In this document: piece by piece, positions 18,978 through 28,648 of the stretch
Layout: every line of letters begins with the position of its first letter
Position numbering within the stretch: the stretch's first letter is position 1
DNA from: Betaproteobacteria bacterium
GTDB taxonomy: Bacteria > Pseudomonadota > Gammaproteobacteria > Burkholderiales > SG8-39
Assembly: GCA_037443705.1 (NCBI GenBank)
Contig: JBBINV010000010.1
Location: 1,224 to 65,223, forward strand
Direction of reading: 5' to 3'
Length of the DNA stretch: 64,000 nucleotides
Program-made: the position numbers and the translations under genes
Notes under the pieces: model-generated
What the model was told of the DNA's origin: nothing
The model's database searches: none
What the model saw: only the letters and a program-made list of their open reading frames with translations

Positions 18978-20365
18978 CAGCCTAGCTCCACGATGCGCAC
19001 GCCGCGCCGCGCCAGGTGGCGCGCGAGCACCCGGTAGCGGTCGGGATCGAACCGTGGCGCGCGCGCGCCGGCCCGGATCTCGCCGATCTCCCAGTCGGAG
19101 CGCGCGGTGCCGAGCCAGCACCAGTGATCGATCACGTGAGCCTCGGTCGATTCGCGAGCCGCGTCCTGCTCGATCACCGCGATCGCGCCGCGCCACGGCC
19201 AGGCGAGCGCAGGCAGGCGCGCGATCGCCGCCGCCGCGCGCGCCGCATGGGCGCGGCGCGACTCGAGCCCGGCACAAGCGCCGTCGCAGCGGCGGACCTG
19301 GCGACGGAAACATCCCCCGTCCCTGGATTTCTCGAACCCCAGCACCTGAAGGCAAAGGCGGTGCTCGTCCGCGATTCGGCGCAGCGCTTCGAGCGCTGCG
19401 CGCCGCGAGCGGAACAGGCCGTGCAGGCGGGAGAGCGCGCCGGGCGAGACTTCTTCGAGCGAGACCAGCTTCAATTCATCCGTTTCGAACAAAAACCCGA
19501 TCGCCTCCCCGGAGTGCCGCAGCTTGCGGTTGTACGCAGGCTGGAGCTGCCGGATGCGCTCCTGCTCGAGGAGCAGCGCGCCGAGCTCGCCCGCGGTGCG
19601 GCTCCACTCCACCGAGCGCGTCTCGCGCGCGAGGCTCGCTTCGCGCGGCGAGCGCAGGCTCGCCGAAAAATGCTGCAGCACGCGCGAGCGCATCGCGACG
19701 CTCTTGCCCACGTAGAGCGGCGCGCCCGCCTCGCCGTAAAGCGTGTACACGCCCGGCGTGTCGGGTATCGCGTCGATCGCGGCACGCTCGAGCGCAGGCG
19801 GGAGCGAGGGCGCTCGCGCGATGCCGCGCGCGGCTTGCGCCACGGCACCCTCGCCGTGCTCTTCGCGCGCGATCCGCAGGAACTGCCACACCGCGCGCGC
19901 ATCGCCGAGCGCCCGGTGGCGCGCATCGCACGCGAGGCCGTGGCGCGCGATGAGGCTGTCGAGGTTGTGGCGCGCGTGCCCGGGGTAGAGGCGCCGCGAG
20001 AGCTTGACCGTGCACAGCGTTTTCGCCTCGTACGCGATTCCGGCGCGCTCGAACTCGCGCCGCAGGAAGCCGTAGTCGAAGCGCGCGTTGTGCGCCACCA
20101 GCACCCGGCCCCCGAGGCGCTCGGCGATTCCCGGCGCGAGGTCCGCGAACGCCGGCGCATCCGCGACCATCGCGTCGCTGATCCCGGTGAGCGCCTGGAT
20201 CGCGGGCGGGATCGCCGTGCCGGGATTGACGAGCGTGGACCACTCGGCGGCAACTTCGCCCGCGTCCACCTCGATCACCGCGATCTCGGTGACGCGGTCG
20301 TGGAGCGGGTGAGCGCCCGTGGTCTCGAGGTCCACGATCGCAAGGGGCGCATCGAGCAGTTTCAA
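18977..20365 (-). CDS. DnaQ-like DEDDh 3'-5' exonuclease fused to a GIY-YIG (UvrC/Cho-like) nuclease domain
   Basis: N-terminal Exo motifs 'LAIVDLETTG', 'LVAHNARFDYGFL' and 'HRALGDARA'. Central GIY-YIG 'PGVYTLYGEAGAPLYVGKSVAMRSRVLQHF'. 462 aa. Confidence 0.85.
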   Translation of the reverse strand: MKLLDAPLAIVDLETTGAHPLHDRVTEIAVIEVDAGEVAAEWSTLVNPGTAIPPAIQALTGISDAMVADAPAFADLAPGIAERLGGRVLVAHNARFDYGFLRREFERAGIAYEAKTLCTVKLSRRLYPGHARHNLDSLIARHGLACDARHRALGDARAVWQFLRIAREEHGEGAVAQAARGIARAPSLPPALERAAIDAIPDTPGVYTLYGEAGAPLYVGKSVAMRSRVLQHFSASLRSPREASLARETRSVEWSRTAGELGALLLEQERIRQLQPAYNRKLRHSGEAIGFLFETDELKLVSLEEVSPGALSRLHGLFRSRRAALEALRRIADEHRLCLQVLGFEKSRDGGCFRRQVRRCDGACAGLESRRAHAARAAAAIARLPALAWPWRGAIAVIEQDAARESTEAHVIDHWCWLGTARSDWEIGEIRAGARAPRFDPDRYRVLARHLARRGVRIVELG

Positions 20366-20385
20366 TGAAGTTGGCCGAAAAGGTC

Positions 20386-20405
20386 ATCCCCGCGCAAGCG
20401 GGGAT
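20386..20405. repeat. REP-like hairpin ATCCCCGC-GCAA-GCGGGGAT (probable ppc terminator)
   Basis: Perfect 8-bp stem with a GNRA-type loop, 50 nt downstream of the ppc stop. Confidence 0.6.
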
Positions 20406-20412
20406 CCAGGCG

Positions 20413-20428
20413 GTGTATATATGCCCAG
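20413..20428 (-). promoter_or_regulatory. Possible LexA (SOS) box, imperfect
   Basis: The minus strand reads CTGG-GCATATAT-ACAC versus consensus CTGT-N8-ACAG (2 mismatches). It is a conspicuously AT-rich core in a 70% GC genome, 48 nt upstream of the exonuclease/GIY-YIG start. Confidence 0.3.
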
Positions 20429-20457
20429 TAACGGCACTTTACCGCAAACCGCGGCGC

Positions 20458-23214
20458 TCATCCGCTGTTCCGCAGCCCCGCCGAGACGCCGTTGATCGTG
20501 AGGTGGATCGCGCGCTTCAGCCGCTCGTCGGTGTCCCCGGCACGGTAGCGCCGGATCAGCTCCACCTGCAGGTGGTTGAGCGGATCGAGGTACGGAAACC
20601 GGTTGCGTATCGAGCGCGCGAGCGTCGGATTGTCCGCGAGGAGCTCCCCGGTCCCGGTGATCGCGGCAAGCCATTTGCGCGCGAGGTGCCACTCGCGTTC
20701 GATTTTCGAGAACACGGCGTTCCGGATTTCGGCGTCGGGGACGAGCTCGGCGTAGCGCGAGGCGATTCCGAGGTCGGTCTTCGCGAGCACCATGTCGAGG
20801 TTGGAGAGCACCGAGCGGAAGAACGGCCAGCGCGCGTGCATCGCCGAGAGCGCCGCCGCGCGCGCCGGATCGCGCCCGGCCCAGCGTTCCACCGCGGCGC
20901 CGAATCCGTACCAGCCCGGGATCATGAGCCGGCTCTGGCTCCAGCCGAACACCCAGGGGATCGCGCGCAGGTCTTCCAGCCGGCCGCCGGGCTTGCGGGA
21001 GGCGGGGCGGCTGCCGATGTTGAGCTCGGCAATCTCGCCGATCGGCGTGGCGGCGCGGAAGTACGTCATGAATTCCGGCGCGTCCACCAGCTCGCGATAG
21101 GCGTCGTAGGCGTGGCGCGCGAGCGCCTCCATCGCATCGAGATCGTCGAGCGCGAGAGGTCCTTCGTGCGCCGCGAGGCTCGCTTCCAGGGCCCCGGCGG
21201 CGAGCGTCTCGAGGTTGCGCCGCCCGGTCTCGGGGTCGGCGTACTTGCTCGCGATCACCTCGCCCTGCTCGGTGAGCCGCAGCGCCCCGTCCACGCTGCC
21301 CTCGGGCTGCGCGAGGATTGCCTCGTAAGAGGGTCCGCCGCCGCGGCCGATCGTCCCGCCGCGGCCGTGAAAAAGCCTCAGCCGCACCCCGTGCGCTCGG
21401 CACACGCGCATGAGCTCGCGCGTAGCCTTGTACAGCGCCCAGCTGGAGGCGAGATAACCGCCGTCCTTGTTCGAATCCGAGTACCCGAGCATGACCTCCT
21501 GCGCGTCGCCGCGCAGCCGCACCCAGCCCCGGTAGACCGGAAGCGAGAGCGCTTCGTCCACGATCTCGCCGCAGCGCTCCAGGTCCGCGATCGACTCGAA
21601 GAGCGGGATGACGTCGAGCTTCAGGGCGCCGGGCACGAGCAGCCCCGCCTCGCGCAACAGCACGCCCGCTTCCAGCAGGTCCGACACCGACTGGCAGCGC
21701 GAGATGATCGCGTGCTCGATCGCGCGCGCACCGAACCGCTGCTGCGCGCGCGCCGCGGCCTCGAACACGGCGAGCTCGGCGGCGACGCGCGGCGAATACT
21801 CGAGGTGGGGCGACCGGAGCGGCCGCGGGCCCTCGAGTTCGGTTGCGAGCAGCCGCACGCGCCGGGCTTCCGGAAGCGCCGCATAGTCGGGCGCCACGCC
21901 CGCGCGCGCGAGCAGCTCCGCCACCACCGCCTCATGCTCCTCGGAGCTTTGTCGCAGGTCGATCGCGGCGAGATGAAACCCGAACACGCCCGCCTGGCGC
22001 CGCAGCATCGCGAGCCGCCCGTCCGCGAGAAGGCCCGCGCCCTGTGCGCGCAGCCCGCGGTCGAGCACGTCGAGCTCGGCCGCGAATTCGGCGTCGCTCG
22101 CGTACGGCGGTCGCGAGGCGAGCGGCGGCACCGCGGGCCGCGCGCCCGAGAGCTTTTCGAGCGTCGCCGCGAGCCGCGCGTAGATCCCGGACACCGCGCG
22201 CCGATAGGGCTCGTCGCGGCGGTAGGGCGATTCGTCGCCCGAGGCGGCCGCGAGCGCGATCACCTCGGGCGGCGCGGCCCTGATGCGCGTGGAGAGCGCG
22301 AGCTCTTTTCCGAGCTGGTTCGTCTCCTCGAGATAGTGCGTGAGCGCAAGCCGCGCCTGCTGCGCGAGCGCCGTCTCGAGCATCGCGGCCGAGACGAAGG
22401 GGTTCCCGTCGCGGTCGCCGCCGATCCAGGTTCCCACCGTGAGAAAGGGCGGCAGCGACGGCGGCGCCGCAAGATCGAGGCGCGCCGCGAGCGCGGTCTC
22501 GATCTCGGCGTACAGGCGCGGCAGCTCGGGCAGGAACGTGAGGCGGAAGTAGTTGAGCGCGTTCGCGATCTCGTCGGCGACCGCGAGGCGCGAGAGCCGC
22601 AGCATCGCGGTGAGCCAGAGCTGCAGCATCTGGCGCCGGAGCGCCGCTTCGCGCGCCGCGGGGTCCGAATGGGAGGCGAGCAGCCGCGCGATCTCGCGCT
22701 CGGCATCGAGAACCGACTGGCGCTGCACCTCGGTGGGGTGCGCGGTGAGCACCGGGCTCACGCGCGCGCGCGAGAACCACCCGAGGATGCGCTCCGCGGA
22801 CACGCCCGCGCGCTGCGCGCGCTCGAGCGCGTGTGAGAAGCTGCCGGCGCGCCGGGGCGAGCCGGCGCGCGCGTGCTCGCGCCGGCGCCGGTTCTGGTGC
22901 ACGTCTTCCGCGATGTTGAGCAGGTGCGAGAAATAGCTGAACGCGCGCACCACGTGCAGCGTCAGGTCGATCGGAAGGGCGTTGAGCTGGCGCTCGAGCT
23001 CGGCCTTGATCTCGGGCGCATTGGCCGTCGCGCCGGGTTCGGACTCCGAGCGCCGGAAGCGCACCGCGGTCTGGCGGATGCGCTCCACCGTCTCGAACGC
23101 CGCCTCCCCCGCCTGGTCACGGATTACCTCTCCGAGCAGCCGCCCGAGCAGGCGCCGGTCCTCGCGCAGCAGGTGCTCTTTCGCCTCGGCGGATTGCGGG
23201 GTCTGCGGGTCCAC
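20458..23214 (-). CDS. ppc: Phosphoenolpyruvate carboxylase
   Basis: 918 aa with 'VLTAHPTE', 'GYSDSNKDGG', 'FHGRGGTIGRGGGP' and C-terminal 'INGVSAGLRNSG'. Confidence 0.96.
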   Translation of the reverse strand: MDPQTPQSAEAKEHLLREDRRLLGRLLGEVIRDQAGEAAFETVERIRQTAVRFRRSESEPGATANAPEIKAELERQLNALPIDLTLHVVRAFSYFSHLLNIAEDVHQNRRRREHARAGSPRRAGSFSHALERAQRAGVSAERILGWFSRARVSPVLTAHPTEVQRQSVLDAEREIARLLASHSDPAAREAALRRQMLQLWLTAMLRLSRLAVADEIANALNYFRLTFLPELPRLYAEIETALAARLDLAAPPSLPPFLTVGTWIGGDRDGNPFVSAAMLETALAQQARLALTHYLEETNQLGKELALSTRIRAAPPEVIALAAASGDESPYRRDEPYRRAVSGIYARLAATLEKLSGARPAVPPLASRPPYASDAEFAAELDVLDRGLRAQGAGLLADGRLAMLRRQAGVFGFHLAAIDLRQSSEEHEAVVAELLARAGVAPDYAALPEARRVRLLATELEGPRPLRSPHLEYSPRVAAELAVFEAAARAQQRFGARAIEHAIISRCQSVSDLLEAGVLLREAGLLVPGALKLDVIPLFESIADLERCGEIVDEALSLPVYRGWVRLRGDAQEVMLGYSDSNKDGGYLASSWALYKATRELMRVCRAHGVRLRLFHGRGGTIGRGGGPSYEAILAQPEGSVDGALRLTEQGEVIASKYADPETGRRNLETLAAGALEASLAAHEGPLALDDLDAMEALARHAYDAYRELVDAPEFMTYFRAATPIGEIAELNIGSRPASRKPGGRLEDLRAIPWVFGWSQSRLMIPGWYGFGAAVERWAGRDPARAAALSAMHARWPFFRSVLSNLDMVLAKTDLGIASRYAELVPDAEIRNAVFSKIEREWHLARKWLAAITGTGELLADNPTLARSIRNRFPYLDPLNHLQVELIRRYRAGDTDERLKRAIHLTINGVSAGLRNSG

Positions 23215-23246
23215 GGCGCGATTCTATCCGGCGTGCCCCGCCGGTC

Positions 23247-23288
23247 GTCCCCGCAGTTCCGGCCTTTCGTTGCCGCGAAAGCGGGGAC
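23247..23288. repeat. Degenerate or expanded REP-like hairpin (GTCCCCGC ... GCGGGGAC arms with inner CCGC-GAAA-GCGG)
   Basis: 8-nt arms at 23247-23254 and 23281-23288 are perfectly complementary and separated by 26 nt. It lies just downstream of the DUF429 gene stop. Confidence 0.45.
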
Positions 23289-23298
23289 CCGTCAGGAG

Positions 23299-24087
23299 TC
23301 AGATGTCCGGTGAGGCGGTGGCGATCCAGCCCTCGACCGGATCGACGCCTTTCGGCAGCCCGCGATTCGGCATTCGCGCCGCCTCCGCCGCCTGCACCGC
23401 GCACAGCAGCGCGTCGAGCGAATCGCCGCTGGGATCATCGATCAGTCGTTTCTTCAGCTTCGGGCCGATCCGCGCATCAAGGGCGGAAACGATCTTTCGT
23501 CTCGCCCGCTTCCGGTCGTCGGTCTGCCTTGAGGGCGCGTCGTTCTTGTAGGACGCGCGTCCGACGATCGATCGCGCGAGAAGCCCCGGATAGGCCTCCA
23601 GCGCCACGCGCTTCGGATCGCCGCGATGCAGGCCCGGAATGTCCACGCCGGAACGCAGCAGTCGCGGCGTGCCCTCGAAGAACATGAGCGCGACCGGCGG
23701 GTTGACGAGCTTCATCGGGCTCGACGATCCGGCCGGGATGTCGGTGGCCCGGTGCGCGTATTTTCTGCCTTCGGGCCTTCGGGTTCTGTAGCCGTCGATC
23801 GCCTCCCGGAATTCGAGCCGGGAAAACCGGCCGCAATGCCGGACCAGCTCGTCCCATTTCCCCGGCCAGCGCAGATCGGTCACCAGCTCGCGCGGCAGCC
23901 CGAAGGGGAAGTCGAACCCGCCGATCCACGGGCCGGGGCGGCGAAGGAAGGCTTCGAACGACGGGAAATCGCAAAGCTCTTCGAGAGAAACGATTCGAAG
24001 CACCCGTCCTTCGAGCGTTCCCTGCGCTACCGTGATCGCCTTCGCGCGCCGCGGCGCGGAGGTGAAGTCGACGCCGAAGATTTTCAC
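23299..24087 (-). CDS. DUF429 domain-containing protein (predicted RNase H-fold nuclease)
   Basis: 262 aa. The N-terminus 'MKIFGVDFTSAPRRAKAITVA' and overall pattern match the DUF429 family. Confidence 0.7.
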   Translation of the reverse strand: MKIFGVDFTSAPRRAKAITVAQGTLEGRVLRIVSLEELCDFPSFEAFLRRPGPWIGGFDFPFGLPRELVTDLRWPGKWDELVRHCGRFSRLEFREAIDGYRTRRPEGRKYAHRATDIPAGSSSPMKLVNPPVALMFFEGTPRLLRSGVDIPGLHRGDPKRVALEAYPGLLARSIVGRASYKNDAPSRQTDDRKRARRKIVSALDARIGPKLKKRLIDDPSGDSLDALLCAVQAAEAARMPNRGLPKGVDPVEGWIATASPDI

Positions 24088-24132
24088 GGCGCTCCCCGTC
24101 CGGGCGCGGCGTGGAACGCGGGCGCCGCCGCC

Positions 24133-24468
24133 ATGAGAAACTCGAGCATGGGCCGGATTCTCTCATCGGCACTGCTCCTGTCCGTTGCCGCCTGTGCCCC
24201 GATGCAGTGGGTGAAGGCCGGTGGCGACGCCGCGCTGCTCGAAAAGGACCTCGCGGAGTGCGGGCGCGAGGCCTGGCTGGAGGCCTACAGCCGCAACGTG
24301 TTCACCGGGCCTGCGGCGCCCGCCGTGATCCGCGACGCGCAGGGGCGTCTGGCGACGATCAACCCGTACGGCCCGCTCTCGGACCCGTTCTTCCTCGAAT
24401 CCCGGCTCGCCGAGCGCTGCATGCGCATGCGCGGCTGGCGCCTGGAACCGGTCACCCCGAAGAACTAG
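24133..24468 (+). CDS. Small lipoprotein, function unknown
   Basis: Internal ATG of track ORF 23626..24468. Signal and lipobox 'MRNSSMGRILSSALLLSVAAC'. 111 aa. Confidence 0.6.
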   Translation: MRNSSMGRILSSALLLSVAACAPMQWVKAGGDAALLEKDLAECGREAWLEAYSRNVFTGPAAPAVIRDAQGRLATINPYGPLSDPFFLESRLAERCMRMRGWRLEPVTPKN

Positions 24469-24928
24469 CGGCGCGCAGGTCCGCCGCCGACAGGTTCACC
24501 GTCCGCCCGAGCCCCGCGACGAAGCGCGCGTCGCGCGGCGCGAAGCGCCAGAAAGCGAAGTCTGCGAGCCCGAAGGTGACCGCGGATTCCGGGAAACGTC
24601 GCAGCCAGTCTTCCTTCAGGGTCGAAGAAGATTCATCGAACTTCAAGACTTCACCCCTCATCGTCACCCGCATCAGCGTCTGCGGATCGGGCCGCCCGTC
24701 GTCCGTCTCGATGATCGCGAGCGACGCGCGGGGCTCGCGCGCGAGGTCCTGGGTGTGCCAGGCGAGTCGCGACATCCGGAGGTAGAACGCCGAGAAGTCC
24801 TCCGCCGGGAGGATCGCGACCATGGACACGTTGGGCGCGCCGTCGCGCAGCGTTCCGAGCGCCGCCACGCGCGCGCCGCGCACCAGGCGCGCGAGGAGGA
24901 CCGATTCTTCGGCGTCCATGCACGCCAT
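24452..24928 (-). CDS. Pyridoxamine 5'-phosphate oxidase-like FMN-binding split-barrel protein
   Basis: 158-aa C-terminal part of track ORF 24452..26224: 'ARLVRGARVAALGTLRDGAPNVSMVAILPAED...LMRVTMRGEV'. The start may be 24919 instead. Confidence 0.65.
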   Translation of the reverse strand: MACMDAEESVLLARLVRGARVAALGTLRDGAPNVSMVAILPAEDFSAFYLRMSRLAWHTQDLAREPRASLAIIETDDGRPDPQTLMRVTMRGEVLKFDESSSTLKEDWLRRFPESAVTFGLADFAFWRFAPRDARFVAGLGRTVNLSAADLRAASSSG

Positions 24929-24955
24929 TCTAGTATCGAGTATCCTGCGCGAGCC

Positions 24956-26189
24956 GTGCGCTACGAGCTCCTGGTCGGCCTGCGCTACACGCGCGCCAAG
25001 CGCCGCAACCACTTCATCAGCTTCATCTCGCTCACCTCGATGGCGGGTATCGCGCTCGGGGTGGCGGCGCTGATCGTGGTGCTCTCGGTGATGAACGGGT
25101 TCCAGAAGGAGCTGCGCGCGCGCATCCTCGGGGTGGCCTCGCACGTGCAGCTTGTTGGCGCGGGAAACCGCCTCACGGACTGGCCGAAGGTGGCCGGGAT
25201 CGCCAGGCACCACCCGCGCGTGCAGGCCGCGGCGCCGTTCGTGCACGCGCAGGCGATGCTCTCCGCCGGCCAGGCGGTGCGCGGCGCGATCGTGCGCGGC
25301 GTGCTGCCGGAGGACGAGGATCGCGTGGCCGAGATCGGGCGCCAGATGCGCGCCGGAAAGCTCGGGGCACTGAAGGCCGGCGCGTTCAACATCGTGCTCG
25401 GCTCCGAGCTCGCGCGCGCGCTCGGCGTCATGCCCGGCGACAGGATCGCGCTCATCGCGCCGCAGGGCACGGTGACCCCGGCGGGCGTCATTCCGCGTCT
25501 CAAGCAGTTCACCGTGGCGGGCATCTTCGAGGTCGGGATGTTCGAGTACGACTCCGGCCTCGCGCTCGTGCACCTGGAGGACGCGCAGAAGCTCTACCAG
25601 ATGGGGGACGCGGTCTCGGGCGTGCGCCTCAAGCTCGACGACCTCTTCGCCGCGCGCACCGTGGCGCGGGAGCTGATGGCGAAGCTCGGCGCGGACGTGT
25701 TCGCCTCGGACTGGACGCGAAGCCACGCGAATTTCTTCCGCGCGGTGGAGATCGAAAAGCGCGTCATGTTCCTGATCCTCATGCTGATCGTCGCGGTGGC
25801 GGCGTTCAACATCGTCTCGACGCTGGTGATGCTCGTCACCGACAAGCAGGCCGACATCGCGATCCTGAGGACGCTCGGCGCCTCGCCCGCGTCCATCGTC
25901 CAGATCTTCATGATCCAGGGCTCCGTCATCGGCGTGATCGGAACGCTCATCGGCGTCGTGGGCGGCGTGCTGCTCGCGTTGAACGTCGCCACCGTGGTGC
26001 CCTTCGTCGAGAACCTGCTCGGCTTCAAGTTCCTCGCGAAGGACGTGTACTACATCTCCGACCTCCCGTCGGAGGTTCTGACCGGCGACGTCACCACCAT
26101 CGGTCTGGTGTCGCTCGTGCTCTCGTTCCTCGCCACGCTCTACCCGAGCTGGCGCGCCTCGCGCGTCAACCCCGCGGAGGCGCTGCGCT

Positions 26190-26197
<8 letters not shown>
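24956..26197 (+). CDS. Lipoprotein-releasing ABC transporter permease (LolC/LolE family)
   Basis: GTG 24956 gives '[37 protein letters not shown]', the canonical LolC/E N-terminus. MacB-like periplasmic domain plus FtsX C-terminus. Confidence 0.92.
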
Positions 26198-26879
<682 letters not shown>

Positions 26880-26975
26880 CCTCTGCCGGTATATGCTTTC
26901 CGCGGCCGCGCCTTGCGGCCTAATTCAGGTCATGCGGCTTGGAAACCTCCGCTGCCAAGCTGGCACAATCGCGCG

Positions 26976-27253
26976 ATGGACTTCGAGATTCTTGGTGAAT
27001 TCACCGTTCTCGAAACTATCGCCTCCGGTCGCGGTATTCGCTCAGGCGTTTGCTGCGGGGCTATGGCAAGGGCTGCTGGCGGGAGATGAAAGGCTCAGCC
27101 CGGATTCGGTTGCGAAATGGAGATGTGCGATTCGACAAGATCTACCGCGTCGTGCCGGACGACGAAGCTGCCGCAGACGGCGATATCCGAGTGATTGATG
27201 AAAGCGGCGAGGACTACCTCTACTCTGCTGACCGCTTTGACACGGACGTGTAA
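26976..27253 (+). pseudogene. Frameshifted or fused relic of one or two small accessory genes
   Basis: ATG 26976 'MDFEILGEFTVLETIASGRGIRSGV...' stops at 27087-27089. An overlapping frame (27050..27253) continues 'LRGYGKGCWREMKGSARIRLRNGDVRFDKIYRVVPDDEAAADGDIRVIDESGEDYLYSADRF'. GC is visibly lower than in the flanks. Confidence 0.45.
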
Positions 27254-27267
27254 AGGAGCAGACTCGC

Positions 27268-27879
27268 TTGACCCATACGGTTGGAATCTATCTCTTTGAC
27301 GAGGTGGAAGTGCTCGACTTTGCGGGCCCCTTTGAAGTGTTCTCGACCGCCTCGAGGGTCAAACTGCGCCTGGAACCTCGCGCTCCGATCCCATTCGAGG
27401 TCTTCACGATTGCCGACTCCAGACGCATCGTCAGGGCCCGCGGAGGATTGCAGGTACAGCCACAGTTTGAAATCGCGCATCATCCCCTTATCGATGTGCT
27501 CGTCATCCCCGGCGGCGTCGTTGCGGCCGAACTGCAGCGGGAAAACATCATCGCCTGGATTGCACGAGCAGCCGCCACCGCAAAAATTACCGCTTCAGTC
27601 TGTACCGGCGCTTTTCTCTTGGGCCAGGCCGGGTTGCTCCACGGCAGGGGCGCAACTACACATTGGGAGGATATCGCCGACTTGCGCACCATGTTCCCTG
27701 CCATCCATGTTCAGGCAGAGACACGATGGGTAGATGCGAATCAGGTAGTCACATCGGCGGGCATCTCGGCCGGCATCGACATGAGTCTTCACCTTGTTGC
27801 ACGTCTTGAAAACGACGACTTGGCCGTCAGAACCGCGCGACAAATGGAGTTCGAATGGCAGCGCTCGTACGCCGCATAG
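27268..27879 (+). CDS. DJ-1/PfpI family protein (class I glutamine amidotransferase-like)
   Basis: 203 aa with nucleophile elbow 'ITASVCTGAFLLGQAGLL', and 'VLVIPGG'. TTG start lies 9 nt after SD AAGGAG. It sits in the lower-GC islet. Confidence 0.85.
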   Translation: MTHTVGIYLFDEVEVLDFAGPFEVFSTASRVKLRLEPRAPIPFEVFTIADSRRIVRARGGLQVQPQFEIAHHPLIDVLVIPGGVVAAELQRENIIAWIARAAATAKITASVCTGAFLLGQAGLLHGRGATTHWEDIADLRTMFPAIHVQAETRWVDANQVVTSAGISAGIDMSLHLVARLENDDLAVRTARQMEFEWQRSYAA

Positions 27880-28243
27880 GCAGCCCGGCAACGGCGTCCG
27901 GCGGATCGGCTTCGCCTTGGACGCCGAACCGTTCGGCCCAATGAGGTATCGCCTTTGTGTGATCCGGCATCGAGACAGCCCTTGCTGCCGGGAGTCCCTG
28001 CGCTTGCGGCTTCGGTACTCGTCGCGTGTAGCGCGAGCACGTAGAAACTCGATGCGGCGCCAATCCATGACGGCCCCGTATTTCGGCTGAAGCTTGTTCG
28101 ATACCACGAAAATCCTCCTTTCCATTGCACCGGGGAAGTCTTTCGGGTCCAATATGCGTCTGGACGGACCCGAAACTCACCCGCAAACCCGGACTCTACA
28201 AAGCAACGACTGGCACTCCTGAAGGGAGCAGGTCAAGGGAACC

Positions 28244-28648
28244 ATGATGCTTCGAGGCAGCTGCCTCTGCGGAGGGGTGCGATACGAGGTCACCGGGCCG
28301 CTGCGCGGCGCGCTCAACTGCCATTGCTCGATGTGCCGCAAGGCGCACGGTGCGGCGTTTCGCAGTCGCGCGAGCGTGAAGGCAAGCGACTTTCGCTGGG
28401 CGCAAGGGGCGGAGCTCGTCACGTTCTACGAGTCTTCGCCGGGCACGCACCGCGGATTCTGCCGCGTGTGCGGCTCGCCGCTGCTCAGCCGCTTCGATTT
28501 CGAGCCGTCCTGGTACGGCCTGCCGCTCGGCGCGCTGGACGACGATCCGGGAGTGAAGCCGAAACGGCACGTGTTCGTAGCGTACAAGGCGCCGTGGCAC
28601 GACATCACGGACGGCCTGCCGCAGTTCCCGGAGCTGCCCCCCAAATGA
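28244..28648 (+). CDS. GFA family protein (glutathione-dependent formaldehyde-activating / CENP-V fold)
   Basis: 134 aa with Zn-Cys pattern 'GSCLCGGVRY...CHCSMCRKAHG...FCRVCGSPL'. Confidence 0.88.
   Translation: MMLRGSCLCGGVRYEVTGPLRGALNCHCSMCRKAHGAAFRSRASVKASDFRWAQGAELVTFYESSPGTHRGFCRVCGSPLLSRFDFEPSWYGLPLGALDDDPGVKPKRHVFVAYKAPWHDITDGLPQFPELPPK

Noticed and set aside
26961-26975. TGGCAC-N-GC, a sigma54-like element just upstream of the relic ORF.
   Set aside because: The GG to GC spacing is 9 nt rather than the required 10, and the -12 TTGC element is absent. It also lies only 2 nt before the ATG, which leaves no leader.
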